A stretch of DNA of 64,000 nt from an uncultured cyanobacterium (GCA_963803805.1 CAWDOD010000011.1:256001-320000); one strand, 5' to 3'; shown: positions 19,348 to 29,641, counted from the first letter of the stretch. The notes: generated by a model not told the origin, from the letters alone. Program-made: numbers and translations.

Positions 19348-19911
19348 TTAACGAGACTTAATTTTATTGTTTTGGTGGCCAAGTCCTGCAAATAGCGAAA
19401 AAACAATCCAAACTATTGCTCCTTCCCAAATAATAAGATATATTCCTAAAGGCAACAACTTCCGACTCCAAAACCAACGAGTTTTATGTTCAACTATTAA
19501 TGATGGTTCGTTCGACTGGAGAAAGCTGTTGATTTGAGTAACCAACTCTCGCATTTCTGTAGCATTTCCTTTAAAAGTATCAACTTCTCCTTCTAAAGTG
19601 GTTAAGGTGACAAAGTTGCGCTCTTCTTTAGCACCACTGGGGGCTTTTGTTGTTTCTACTTTAAACTTGGCTTGAAAAACTTCTTTTAAAGAAGTAGGTG
19701 GTAATTTAATTAAGCTAAAAAATCTCGATTTGTTATTGTTACAGTTAACTTGGTTAGACTCTAAACGTTGGCAGGAGAGAGTTGTAGTTCCCAGGTCATA
19801 AAACACAAATAATAATGGCAATGTTCCCAAAGCAATTAGGAATAGGATAGAGAAAAGAGCAACAACTATTTTAGTTGTTAAAGTTGGTTGTGAAGAATTT
19901 TTATCAACCAT
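19348..19911 (-). CDS. Hypothetical two-TM protein
   Basis: TM - TTLSCQR...VNC domain - TM. Confidence 0.65.
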   Translation of the reverse strand: MVDKNSSQPTLTTKIVVALFSILFLIALGTLPLLFVFYDLGTTTLSCQRLESNQVNCNNNKSRFFSLIKLPPTSLKEVFQAKFKVETTKAPSGAKEERNFVTLTTLEGEVDTFKGNATEMRELVTQINSFLQSNEPSLIVEHKTRWFWSRKLLPLGIYLIIWEGAIVWIVFSLFAGLGHQNNKIKSR

Positions 19912-19923
19912 AGATAATAAATA

Positions 19924-20805
19924 TTAACGAATTTGCCCATAAATATCTTTGCTTTTACTCAAACGTAAACTAATAATAGAAAGCACGAAAATAATCACAA
20001 AAAGTACCAAGCCAATGGTACAAGCATAGCTAATATCAAAATCTCGAAATGAAGCTTCGTAGATATAGTAAACGACGGTTTTGGAACTATTTAAAGGGCC
20101 ACCTTTGGTCATCACGTAAATTTCTTCAAACACTTTTGTTGCTGAAATGGCCGAAATCACTGCTACCAAAATTAAATAGGGGCGCATTAAAGGTAAGGTA
20201 ATATCCCAATGTTTCTGCAATCCATCGGAACCATCAATAGCTGCCGCTTCGTATAATTCGCCATCAATAGATTGTAGTCCAGCTAAATAAATAACCATGT
20301 AATAACCTAAACCTTTCCAGATAGTTACTACCATGACACTCCAAATAGCTAAATTGGGACTGGTTAACCAAGGAATACCCTCTTCAAAACCCAATTGTTG
20401 CAAAAACTGATTGAAAATACCATTAGAATCATAAAGGGCCCGCCAAGCAATTCCGGCTACTACCATGGAAATAACTACAGGGGTGTAAAAAGAAGCGCGA
20501 AACCAACTGATTCCTCTGAGTTTTTGATTAACCAAAATAGCTAAACTAAGGGGGGCAAAAACTAAAAAAGGAACAACACCAATAATATAAAGTAAAGTGT
20601 TTCTCATGGTTTGCCAAAATACTTCATCTGCCCACAATCTTCTCAGGTTTTCCCATCCTTCTATTTGAGGCTGTTCCGTTAAATACAATTCGTAGTCAGT
20701 GAAACTTAAATAAAAAGCTTGTATAGCTGGCCAAAATACCGTCAAACCTAAAATAACTAAAGCCGGCAATAAAAACGAATAAGCGGTCAAATTCTTTTTA
20801 CTCAT
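19924..20805 (-). CDS. Carbohydrate ABC transporter permease (LacF/UgpA-like)
   Basis: YLAGLQSI..ELYEAAAIDG (EAA loop) and YVMTKGGP. Confidence 0.92.
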   Translation of the reverse strand: MSKKNLTAYSFLLPALVILGLTVFWPAIQAFYLSFTDYELYLTEQPQIEGWENLRRLWADEVFWQTMRNTLLYIIGVVPFLVFAPLSLAILVNQKLRGISWFRASFYTPVVISMVVAGIAWRALYDSNGIFNQFLQQLGFEEGIPWLTSPNLAIWSVMVVTIWKGLGYYMVIYLAGLQSIDGELYEAAAIDGSDGLQKHWDITLPLMRPYLILVAVISAISATKVFEEIYVMTKGGPLNSSKTVVYYIYEASFRDFDISYACTIGLVLFVIIFVLSIISLRLSKSKDIYGQIR

Positions 20806-20854
20806 TTATAATTTATAAGTTTGTAAATGATAATTTCACGGACGAAAGCAATTT

Positions 20855-21553
20855 ATGGTTCCTTTAAAGGATGAAAATCCGATTCAGATTACCCCTTTTG
20901 TTACCTATGCCCTGATCACTATTAATATAGTAGTTTTTTTCTATGAAATAAGCTTGACAGAACCTCAGTTAAATGCTTTTTTTGAGCTTTATGCTATTGT
21001 GCCAAAAGAGTTGACAGCCAGCTTTAATGGCTTAGCAATTAATCAATCAGTACCCGAACCTGCAACCTTAATTACCTCTCAGTTTTTACATGGTGGTTTC
21101 GCCCATGTGGGCTTTAATATGTTGTTTTTATGGATTTTTGGCAACAACATTGAAGAAGAATTAGGACATATCAAGTTCTTGTTTTTTTACCTAGCCTGCG
21201 GTAGTTTAGCAGCCCTTTCTCAGTGGTTTTTCTCTCCTTTATCCCTAACTCCTACTTTGGGGGCTAGTGGTGCGATCGCCGGGGTTATGGGTGCATACAT
21301 CCTTAAGTTTCCTGCTGCTAAGATTTTAACCTTAATTCCCCTTGGCTTCTTTTTCCCAACGGTAAGAGTACCTGCAATTTACTTCCTCGGTTTCTGGTTT
21401 GTCCAGCAAGCATTTAATGGCATAGCCTCTTTAGGAGTCAGGGCTGACATTGGCATGGAAAGCGGTGGTGTCGCTTATTGGGCCCATGCTGGGGGCTTTA
21501 TTTTTGGGGCAATCTTGGGGCCAATGTTGGGGTTATTTTCAGATTCTAAGTGA
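20855..21553 (+). CDS. Rhomboid intramembrane serine protease
   Basis: FLHGG..H...NM, GASGAIAG and AYWAHAGGF. Confidence 0.93.
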   Translation: MVPLKDENPIQITPFVTYALITINIVVFFYEISLTEPQLNAFFELYAIVPKELTASFNGLAINQSVPEPATLITSQFLHGGFAHVGFNMLFLWIFGNNIEEELGHIKFLFFYLACGSLAALSQWFFSPLSLTPTLGASGAIAGVMGAYILKFPAAKILTLIPLGFFFPTVRVPAIYFLGFWFVQQAFNGIASLGVRADIGMESGGVAYWAHAGGFIFGAILGPMLGLFSDSK

Positions 21554-21664
21554 AGAACTGAAATAGTAAATATCTAAATAATTTTGTGCGACCACTTAAC
21601 TATGAAGGAACAGTTTCCAGCTCTTTTTCTTCTTTTAAGATAAAATGAATCCAAGATAGCCATC

Positions 21665-22141
21665 ATGTTTAAATATAAGTTCAATCTTTGGCAAAATAGT
21701 ACTAGTCATTACTCATACTTACTAAGTGCTATTATTAGTTCCTTGGCAATTTTTTCTAGCACCTTAGCAGTTGCCTGTCCTGAAACAAATTCCGCGAGAA
21801 TAGATTATCAAAGCTTCAAGCAAAAATCAGTTTTAGAAACCAGTAATGGTAGAAGATATGGTTGTTGGTGGGATAAAAATGCTCAACCGATTTCTTTTGA
21901 AGAAAGTACTTATGATGTCGTAATTCGCTGTTCTGAGACTTTAACGGTGTATACCCATTTAGATAGCATTTATGAAGTGGTTATCGAGAATAATGGTGTG
22001 AGAAATGTTTACGAAGCTGACTTTTTAGGCGATCGCTATGAGTGTGATGCTGAAGGTCAAACTATGATCAAATCCTGGGTTTATAAACGGGGAAATGAGA
22101 TAGTACGACATACTAATTATCTTTATAATCGCTACAAATAA
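21665..22141 (+). CDS. Hypothetical exported protein
   Basis: 158-aa ORF with a hydrophobic N-terminal segment. Confidence 0.55.
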   Translation: MFKYKFNLWQNSTSHYSYLLSAIISSLAIFSSTLAVACPETNSARIDYQSFKQKSVLETSNGRRYGCWWDKNAQPISFEESTYDVVIRCSETLTVYTHLDSIYEVVIENNGVRNVYEADFLGDRYECDAEGQTMIKSWVYKRGNEIVRHTNYLYNRYK

Positions 22142-22277
22142 GCTGTCTGGGACGACTCACTTTACTTGATTATGACTTGATGGAGGATTTCTCTTTCTGT
22201 CTCTACCAAAATCCTGGAACAAAATTACCGGAAAATTCATCTAACGACTATGGTCGAACTATCAAATTATTTTTATT

Positions 22278-22946
22278 ATGTCTAACCTTAAATATGGTCG
22301 CTCTAGCCTTTCTTTACTAATTGCTTTCAGTACGATGTCTACGGCGGGCTTTGCCTACACCACAGCAATTCCTGTTTCTGCCCAACTGTTTCCTACCCAG
22401 GAAAATAACAATGTTACTCCCCAACCCATAGTTATTCCGGCTACAACCACTTTACCTGTGGAATATCAAGAAGCAGAAAAAATTGTTCTCACCAAAGAAG
22501 AAACAGTTCCTTTAACCCTAACAGTAGCAGCGAATATCAAAGACCGACAAGGTAATATTTTAATTCCCTATGGCAGCAAAATTATTGGTGAACTGCAACC
22601 AAAAGATGGCGGTTCTCAGTTTGTAGCCCAAGAATTAGTTATTAGTGCAGAAAAACGACAATCTTTACAAGCAACCTCCCAAGTTATTACTCGTACCGAA
22701 AAGATTAATGAAGGAACTGACACCGGAGATATTCTTCAAGGCGCTGCCATTGGTAGTGCCGCAGCAGCAATAATTGCCCTGATTACCGGAGATAATTCTA
22801 TTGATCTCCTCGAAGTCTTAGGAGGGGCTGGTTTAGGTGCATTAGGGGGGCTTCTCCTAGGTGGCAAGGAAACTGAAGTCATTTCCATTAACCCTAACGA
22901 AGATTTAGATGTGACTTTACTTGAAGATTTAACTTTGGAACAATAA
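22278..22946 (+). CDS. Conserved cyanobacterial exported protein with glycine-zipper C-terminus
   Basis: Signal peptide; LIPYGSKIIGELQP; GAAIGSAAAA...GGAGLGALGG. Confidence 0.7.
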   Translation: MSNLKYGRSSLSLLIAFSTMSTAGFAYTTAIPVSAQLFPTQENNNVTPQPIVIPATTTLPVEYQEAEKIVLTKEETVPLTLTVAANIKDRQGNILIPYGSKIIGELQPKDGGSQFVAQELVISAEKRQSLQATSQVITRTEKINEGTDTGDILQGAAIGSAAAAIIALITGDNSIDLLEVLGGAGLGALGGLLLGGKETEVISINPNEDLDVTLLEDLTLEQ

Positions 22947-23117
22947 CCCAAACTTAGTTAATTTTAAGTCTGGAATTTAGCCAACGATAATGTAGAAACT
23001 CAGAGAAAAGTATAGAGCAGTATAGCTACTTAACTGCCCCATACTTCCTGTTTCTGCAACAATTTTCTTGTTCCCCATCTCAAAATCTATTACAGTCCTT
23101 GATTACTGTTATTGAAA

Positions 23118-24521
23118 ATGCACAAGCGATTTTTCGGAAAACTATCTCTATTTATATTTATTTTTACAGCTACTCCAGGTTTATTACCTGCTGACCCTAA
23201 CTCGCCATTTTGCCCTCCTGCTGCTTGGGCTAGTAATAGGCATTTTGGTCAAGATGGTCGTGATGGCAGGGATGGCGAAACTGGTAGAAAGGGCCAGAAT
23301 GGTGAAAGTCGCGAGGTTTTTGTGGATGGTTCTCCTTTAAATATCGACATTTCCGGTTTAGAGGGAGAGGAAGGATATAACGGTGAAGATGGCTACCGTG
23401 GCAATTGTCACAATCAACCTAGAGATGTACGCTACGATTTAGAAGCTGCTGATGGTGGTGATGGTGGTGATGGTGGTGATGGCGGTGATGGTGGTGATGG
23501 CGGTATTCTCACTGTTTATTACAACAATATTGCCGACTTACGCCAAATTTATGTCCGTGCAGAAGGAGGAAGAGGAGGGGAAGCCGGGCTTTCTGGCTAT
23601 GGTGCAGCAGGTTGCAGTTGTCGGTGGCGACGTTGGGAGAAACGAACTTGTACTGGCAATCCAGGAGATCCTAATTATAGTTGCAAAACTGAAGAATTTG
23701 ACTGTGAAGATGGGGAAAATGGCAGAGATGGTAGACGAGGTAGAAGAGGTGATAAAGGTGAATTAGGCAGGTTAGCACTAGTTAAAGACAATCAAAGATT
23801 AGTAGCAGATCAACCAACAGCTAATGTTTCTCTCTCTTCAGTGGCAGGTAGAACTATCTCTCTTTCTAAAAATATCTGGCAAACTCGGCTGGGGGCAACT
23901 TCTCTTTTAGCCTCCGGTTCCATTATTAGCGATGAATATGATGAATTTGTTGAACGTGTTGAAGGGGAGTTTCAGGTGGCTTGGAATGCTTCACGCCCGA
24001 TTACAGACTTTTATAATCAAAATCTTAGCTTAACTCTTGAAGGTCGCAACGATGTTAATATTGTTTCCCCTGAAGCTGTTTGGTTAGAAAGTGAAACTTC
24101 CCAAAATAATGGCATCACTCAACTTAATGTCACCAAAGCTGTTTTACGAGAAGAAACAACTCAGTTAACCAGGGCTGATTTCGCTGGTAATCGTTCTGGC
24201 TTAACCTTTAGCCTCATTGATAAAGCGAGACAGTCTGATGTTCTTTCTACTCAATTCCGTATTAAGTATCGTACCGGGCAAGATAGAAGTGGGCCACGAC
24301 CTGATTCTGTATTTGATTATACTACCAGATACGAAGGGACGATTCCTGGGGAACTAGTTAGACTAGAAGGACAGCGTTTTACCCTAGATTTGGGTAAGCT
24401 TCCTATTGAAGATAAATATCTCAGACCAGGAGTTAATGTTGATATTGAAGTTACGGCTATCCGTTCTTTAGGAGGACGTTCGGCCGAACAAACTATTTCC
24501 TGGAAAGGAGAGATTGATTGA
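23118..24521 (+). CDS. Collagen-like (Gly-X-Y) secreted protein
   Basis: G-x-D/G-x-x triplet blocks interleaved with Cys-containing segments; GGTGATGGT repeats at 23452-23500. Confidence 0.8.
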   Translation: MHKRFFGKLSLFIFIFTATPGLLPADPNSPFCPPAAWASNRHFGQDGRDGRDGETGRKGQNGESREVFVDGSPLNIDISGLEGEEGYNGEDGYRGNCHNQPRDVRYDLEAADGGDGGDGGDGGDGGDGGILTVYYNNIADLRQIYVRAEGGRGGEAGLSGYGAAGCSCRWRRWEKRTCTGNPGDPNYSCKTEEFDCEDGENGRDGRRGRRGDKGELGRLALVKDNQRLVADQPTANVSLSSVAGRTISLSKNIWQTRLGATSLLASGSIISDEYDEFVERVEGEFQVAWNASRPITDFYNQNLSLTLEGRNDVNIVSPEAVWLESETSQNNGITQLNVTKAVLREETTQLTRADFAGNRSGLTFSLIDKARQSDVLSTQFRIKYRTGQDRSGPRPDSVFDYTTRYEGTIPGELVRLEGQRFTLDLGKLPIEDKYLRPGVNVDIEVTAIRSLGGRSAEQTISWKGEID

Positions 24522-24564
24522 GGCTGTATCCTTAGCTGCGTATAGAAATTTTTGGAGCAATTTA

Positions 24565-25548
24565 ATGAAAAAAGTCTTTTTAACAGGTTCTTTGGTGCTT
24601 CTTTTAGTAGGATGCGGTGGCAAGGATTCTGCTTCTAATAAGTCCGTTAATAGTGTTGGTACTCAAAAGTCTGAAGCGGCCGCTGAGTCTCAAGATTCTC
24701 AAGCAACAGCAAATACAAAAGTAGAATTAATTGATCCAGGTGCTAAGCCCAGACAAGAGTTGCGTTTTGCCCCCAAGGTGAATCAGGAACAAACTGTCAA
24801 AATGAATATGCAAATGGAGATGAGTATGTCTTTGGCAGGGCAAACTCAACCTGCTTTTAAGAGTCCGCAAATGCAGATGACGGTGGCAGCAAAGGTAACG
24901 GAGGTAGATAAAAATGGTGATATTCATGTTGATTTTTCCTACACCGATGCCGATGTTGTTGCAGATAGCAATACTTCCCCTCAAATGGCAGAAGCGATGC
25001 GTAACCAAATCAAACAAATGGTAGGCTTCAAAGGTTCCATGATTGTGGATTCTCAAGGCAACACCAAAGAGGTGAACTTTGACTTACCTGAAAGCGTTAA
25101 CCCCCAAAGCAAGCAGATGTTGGAACAGATGTTAAACTCCCTGAAACAGCTATCTTCTCCTGTGCCTACTCAAGCTGTGGGAGAAGGGGCAAAGTGGCAG
25201 GTTGATAATACTTTGACTACTAATGGCATTACTTTAGACCAAGTTTCTACCTACGAAGTAGAAAGTTTGCAAGGAGATACTGTTATCCTAAAAACCACTG
25301 TACAACAACAAGCAGACCCCCAAAAAGTCAGCCCTCCTGGTTTACCTCCCAATGCTTCTATTAACTTGCAATCTCTAAATTCCCAAGGTGAAGGTACATT
25401 CACTATTAAGTTAGACCAAATCTTGCCCAACAGCGCAACTATGGCCATAACTTCCGATACGCAAATGGCGGTTAAACAACCCGATAGTCAAGAGGAAATT
25501 CCTATGGGGATGAATATGGTGATGAATATGAGTTTGCAAGGGCAGTAA
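24565..25548 (+). CDS. DUF6263-like lipoprotein
   Basis: Lipobox LVGC; LIDPGAKPRQELRF; P.P..AVGEGAKW. Confidence 0.7.
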   Translation: MKKVFLTGSLVLLLVGCGGKDSASNKSVNSVGTQKSEAAAESQDSQATANTKVELIDPGAKPRQELRFAPKVNQEQTVKMNMQMEMSMSLAGQTQPAFKSPQMQMTVAAKVTEVDKNGDIHVDFSYTDADVVADSNTSPQMAEAMRNQIKQMVGFKGSMIVDSQGNTKEVNFDLPESVNPQSKQMLEQMLNSLKQLSSPVPTQAVGEGAKWQVDNTLTTNGITLDQVSTYEVESLQGDTVILKTTVQQQADPQKVSPPGLPPNASINLQSLNSQGEGTFTIKLDQILPNSATMAITSDTQMAVKQPDSQEEIPMGMNMVMNMSLQGQ

Positions 25549-25696
25549 AGTACTCTGTTTTATGAAGAGGTTTGTAAGGAAAGAGCAAAGAAAGAATAAA
25601 GTCCCCCATATTAGGGGATTTAGGGGCAATGCCAGTTTTTTCGTAGTAGTAACTTGATAATTTATGTTGCCCTGCGTAGGCAAAGCCCACCGTAGG

Positions 25697-25807
25697 TAAG
25701 CTGTCAGGCATTTAATTTACTTATTAGGTTTGATGGGGAGATAGGGGGAGGGTTTTAGGGCTTATTTCCTAGTTGAGTAATACACAGTTTAAATGCACAT
25801 CAGCTTA
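25697..25807. mobile_element. TA-flanked MITE, copy A (111 bp)
   Basis: Ends TAAGCTGTCAGGCATTTAA ... TTAAATGCACATCAGCTTA; near-identical copy at 56685-56787. Confidence 0.85.
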
Positions 25808-25865
25808 TCGCAAACTTTCATCTTAGATAAACAGAGCAATCCCTGACTTAAATAGGTGATCTGAA

Positions 25866-26450
25866 ATGGTTAAACAGTTTGTTGCAATCCAAAAACATTA
25901 TTACACTCCAGAAGAATATCTAGAATTAGAAGCTAAAGCTGAATATAAAAGTGAATATTTAGATGGGAAAATTATTCCTATAACAGGAGGCACTACCAAT
26001 CATAATAAAATCGCTGGTAACTTTTATCGTCAATTTCCTTTAACTATTGCTGGGCAAGATTACGATATTTACATAGGAGATGTGCGCCTCTGGATTCCTG
26101 AATATCGCCACTATACTTATCCAAATATTATGATAGTTGAAGGAGAGACTGTTTATGAAGGGAAAGGTACAACCACAATTACTAATCCCTTAATTATCAT
26201 GGAAGTTTTGTCAAAATCTACCCAACAAACCGATAAAACTTCTAAATTTCGTTACTATCGTTCTCTTCCTAGCTTTCAAGAATATATTTTAGTTGATCAA
26301 TACAGTTATTATGTAGAGCAATATGTAAAGCAAAAAGATGAACAATGGTTACTCCGTGATTATCAAGGAGAAGAGTCAACTTTAGCTTTGGCTAATCTAG
26401 AATTTGAAATTTCTTTTCTAGAGTTATACAGAAGGGTTAGTTTTACTTAA
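25866..26450 (+). CDS. Uma2/DUF820 family protein (different subfamily; PD motif reads PN)
   Basis: EEYLELE...KSEYLDG, GGTTNHN, YTYPN, EVLSKST...DK..KF..Y..LPSFQEYILVDQ. Confidence 0.88.
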   Translation: MVKQFVAIQKHYYTPEEYLELEAKAEYKSEYLDGKIIPITGGTTNHNKIAGNFYRQFPLTIAGQDYDIYIGDVRLWIPEYRHYTYPNIMIVEGETVYEGKGTTTITNPLIIMEVLSKSTQQTDKTSKFRYYRSLPSFQEYILVDQYSYYVEQYVKQKDEQWLLRDYQGEESTLALANLEFEISFLELYRRVSFT

Positions 26451-26584
26451 AAAGATTGATGTTTGAGGAAAGGGCGAGTACATTGAGTCTTCTTTGAGTT
26501 CTACTTTTGCTCTTGTGGAAGGGATTAAGCAGTTTGTGCAAAAGGTTTAACCCAAGATTCAAGTAGTGGGTTAGAAAGAGATAG
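26451..26584 (+). pseudogene. Probable relic of the 3' end of another Uma2 gene
   Basis: Broken translation KIDV*GKGEYIESSLSSTF.LVEGIKQFVQK...RFK*WVRKR resembles the C-terminus of one cyanobacterial Uma2 subfamily. Confidence 0.4.
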
Positions 26585-26724
26585 AGAGTTTATCACCTTA
26601 TTATTTCGGTAGGCTTGCGATATATTTGTGCCAGTTTTCTAAGTGAATATATTTACTTTGCCTAAGTAATAACCCTATAATGAGGACATTCAAACTTTTC
26701 TTCGATCTCAAGGAGCATAAAAAA

Positions 26725-27525
26725 ATGGCAAAGGGCGATCGTATTTATGTTAGTTTCTGGGTAGATAATGTGCCTGTTACTCATCACGCCATAGATTGTG
26801 GAGATAGTGTAATTGAATATCAAGGTTATAACCAAGGTGGTAAAGTAACTCGTATACCTAAGCATTCTTTCGGAAAGAGAAGGACTATTAAGATTAAAGA
26901 ATATGGCAAGTGTGACTTACCCGATGTTGTTGTAAAGAGGGCCGAAAGCAAGTTGGGACAGGCAGGTTACTGTCTATTTACAAACAACTGCGAACATTTT
27001 GCTTATTGGTGCAAGACTGGCAAAAAAAAGAGCGAACAAGTCAACAATGCTGCTGCGAGTATAATAGGTGGTGCAGTTAAAGCTGCTGCTGGTGTAGGGG
27101 CTAACGTTGCTACCAATACTGCTGCTAAAGCTGCTGGCCAAGCTGCAATCAAAAGTGCTAGCCCTGTGGCAAAAACGTTGATGAAAGTTGGTCTTAAACA
27201 AGCCCCCCAGGTTGCCAAGGTTGCTGGTAGGACTGCTGCGGGAATTGCAGGTGTAGGCGGTATTGTTACAGGCTTCGCTGCTGATGCTGTAGTTGGTCAA
27301 CTCCTCAAGGAGGACGAGCATTTGCCGAAATACGACAACGACGCAAGAAAAACAGGCAGAATAGCAGGACAGGTTGGCTCTGTTGTTGGTGGTCTAGGTG
27401 GTACTGCCGCAGCAGCCGTGCTTGGAGGGGGTGCAGCTATTGGTGTTGCTGTTGCTGCCCCCGCAGTATTAGGTATTGGTGTAGGCTTGGGTTCTTACCA
27501 TATTTTCAAGAAAAAGAAAAAGTAA
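26725..27525 (+). CDS. LRAT-family (permuted NlpC/P60) protein with glycine-rich membrane tail
   Basis: GDRIY...HHAIDCGD, RAESKLG...Y.LFTNNCEHFAYWCKTG; AAGGAG RBS before ATG 26725. Confidence 0.85.
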   Translation: MAKGDRIYVSFWVDNVPVTHHAIDCGDSVIEYQGYNQGGKVTRIPKHSFGKRRTIKIKEYGKCDLPDVVVKRAESKLGQAGYCLFTNNCEHFAYWCKTGKKKSEQVNNAAASIIGGAVKAAAGVGANVATNTAAKAAGQAAIKSASPVAKTLMKVGLKQAPQVAKVAGRTAAGIAGVGGIVTGFAADAVVGQLLKEDEHLPKYDNDARKTGRIAGQVGSVVGGLGGTAAAAVLGGGAAIGVAVAAPAVLGIGVGLGSYHIFKKKKK

Positions 27526-28047
27526 GTTAGGGAACTCCAGAAAATAAAACACCTATGAGAGGCAATTGAGCAAGTATTATAAGCAATAATATGTCTAAAT
27601 TAATTTTTAGATTAAATCTTTTGAATTTACATAAGTTCAACTTTAAATTTGTCAAGGCCAAAAAGTTGCTTCAAAAGACGCATTTGTGTGGTTTAATGAA
27701 ATAATTGAAAATTCACACTGCCCTTCTTGTATGCAAAATTTATATTTAATCCTTACAAGCACGCTAAACCGTTGATCAAGCTACTATTTTCCTCAAAATT
27801 ATAGTAATTAGAAGTGCTTTGTTAATCAAATATTGAGGGCGATTGCAAAAGTTTTTTTGACAAATATGACTCTTTGGCTTATAGTGCAAAAACTTTCAAA
27901 TTGTGACTCTCAACTCTGTCTGCTTTCAGCTATGATTGTAACTTCCCCAGAGATCACAATAAGAGACTCTGCAAAAAATCGATGAGGTTGCTCTGTTGCC
28001 GTTTTTTAAAGACCGGCAATTCCCAAGAACTGAATTTGCTATCAAAC

Positions 28048-28809
28048 TTAACTAGTTTTAACTGCCACAATACGCAGACGACGATAATCGGCATACCAAC
28101 TTCCCTCACGATATAAATCGGGTCTACATTTGCGTTCTATTTCTTGCAGAATCGCTTCTTTCTCTGCCTTCAAAACACCAGAAAAGAAAGAATATTCAGC
28201 GAACATCTTTAGCCAATTTTGTAACCCTTCCTCCCCTTGTAAAAGGGTCGGACGATTTAATAACCAAGCAAAAGTTAACTCAAAACCATTTTTTTCTAAC
28301 AAACTGCCATATTCCACAATGCCAGGAAAATACCAAGGGTTCTTCCCTTCCGTTTCATAACCAGCCCCTTCAAGGGTTTCATAAACTGCATTAACAATCG
28401 CCCTCACATTACCCTTGCCCCCAAATTCAGCCACAAAACGCCCTCCTGGTTGCAAGGCGCGATTAACTCCTTTAATCACCTCTTCGGCATTCTTCATCCA
28501 ATGCAATGCTGCATTAGAAAAAACCGCCGCAAATTCTTGGTTAAAATCCAACTTTTCCCCATCTTTCACCCTCAAATCTAACTGAGGATAGAGGCGTTTT
28601 CCCTCTTTAATCATCGTCAGGGAACTATCTACACCAACAACCTCTGTCCCTTGGTTCGCAATTTCTTTGGTTAAATGTCCCGTACCGCAACCGATATCAA
28701 GAATCTTTTCCCCTGGTTGTGGGGCAAGCAAATCCTTAATTCCTGCCCCCATTTGCGCCACAAAAGAATGTTTATTGTCATAAAGTTGAGGATTCCACTT
28801 CTGAGTCAT
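28048..28809 (-). CDS. Class I SAM-dependent methyltransferase
   Basis: ILDIGCGTGHL, VFSNAALHW and DYRRLR. Confidence 0.92.
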   Translation of the reverse strand: MTQKWNPQLYDNKHSFVAQMGAGIKDLLAPQPGEKILDIGCGTGHLTKEIANQGTEVVGVDSSLTMIKEGKRLYPQLDLRVKDGEKLDFNQEFAAVFSNAALHWMKNAEEVIKGVNRALQPGGRFVAEFGGKGNVRAIVNAVYETLEGAGYETEGKNPWYFPGIVEYGSLLEKNGFELTFAWLLNRPTLLQGEEGLQNWLKMFAEYSFFSGVLKAEKEAILQEIERKCRPDLYREGSWYADYRRLRIVAVKTS

Positions 28810-28906
28810 TATTTTTTCAATCTTGATTTATGCCCAAAATAGGATGTTATCGAATTATCCCTATGTTTAAACTCAATTAAAGAAATCACCCTCATCTACC
28901 CAGGAA

Positions 28907-29641
28907 ATGTTTAAAAAATTCTCCTTAGTATTGTGTCTTATCAATGGCATTATCTTGAGTGGTAGTGCAGTTGAAGCCCAAATTGCAGAACCTGCGACTC
29001 CCTCAACTTATGATGGAGATAATCTCTCTCCAGTTACGGAACCAGAAACTAAAACCGAGGAAGCAAAAGCTGTCTTAACCCCAGCAGATTTACCTCCTGG
29101 TTTCCAAAGTTTACCACCAGAATTTTCTGAGCAAATAGCTAGCCAGTTTCAACTTCTTAGCCAACAATTAGGACAAGGTAATCTTCAACCAGAGGACTAT
29201 TTTGTTTTAGTTAATCCTAATTTAGCCAATTTGCAAATAGTGATGGGTTTCACCGGAGAAATCTCTGAAGAAGCCCTCGATAATTTTGATGCTAACTTAG
29301 AAAATATGCAAAAGCCGGAAAACAGGGAGCAAACCCTAGCTTTGATGCAAAATACTCTCAAGGATTTTCCTGGGTTGGAAATTGTTGACTATGAAGAACT
29401 TCCTTTGGAAAAACAGATAGCTGATAGTTCCACCGCTATGACAACAACCATCAAGTTACAAGGACGATCTTTTAAAGTTGATATGGTTGCTTTCCGGCGC
29501 AATGATCAAGGAGTGCTAACAGGAGTAATGTATTTTAATAATCAAGAACCGCAAGTATCAGTAGCAGAAGTTGCTAATAAATTAGATGAGCGTATCCTAG
29601 AGTTATCCCTAGCCACCGACTCAATAATCATTAACAACTGA
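28907..29641 (+). CDS. Hypothetical exported protein
   Basis: Signal peptide ending VEA; LTPADLPPGF motif. Confidence 0.65.
   Translation: MFKKFSLVLCLINGIILSGSAVEAQIAEPATPSTYDGDNLSPVTEPETKTEEAKAVLTPADLPPGFQSLPPEFSEQIASQFQLLSQQLGQGNLQPEDYFVLVNPNLANLQIVMGFTGEISEEALDNFDANLENMQKPENREQTLALMQNTLKDFPGLEIVDYEELPLEKQIADSSTAMTTTIKLQGRSFKVDMVAFRRNDQGVLTGVMYFNNQEPQVSVAEVANKLDERILELSLATDSIIINN

Noticed and set aside
23452-23766. MVVMVVMVV alternative-frame ORF
   Set aside because: An out-of-frame reading of the GGTGATGGT collagen-like repeat.
27530-28024. Possible IS/MITE bounded by GGGAACTCC and GGCAATTCCC
   Set aside because: The ends match only weakly, and no target duplication or transposase remnant could be read.
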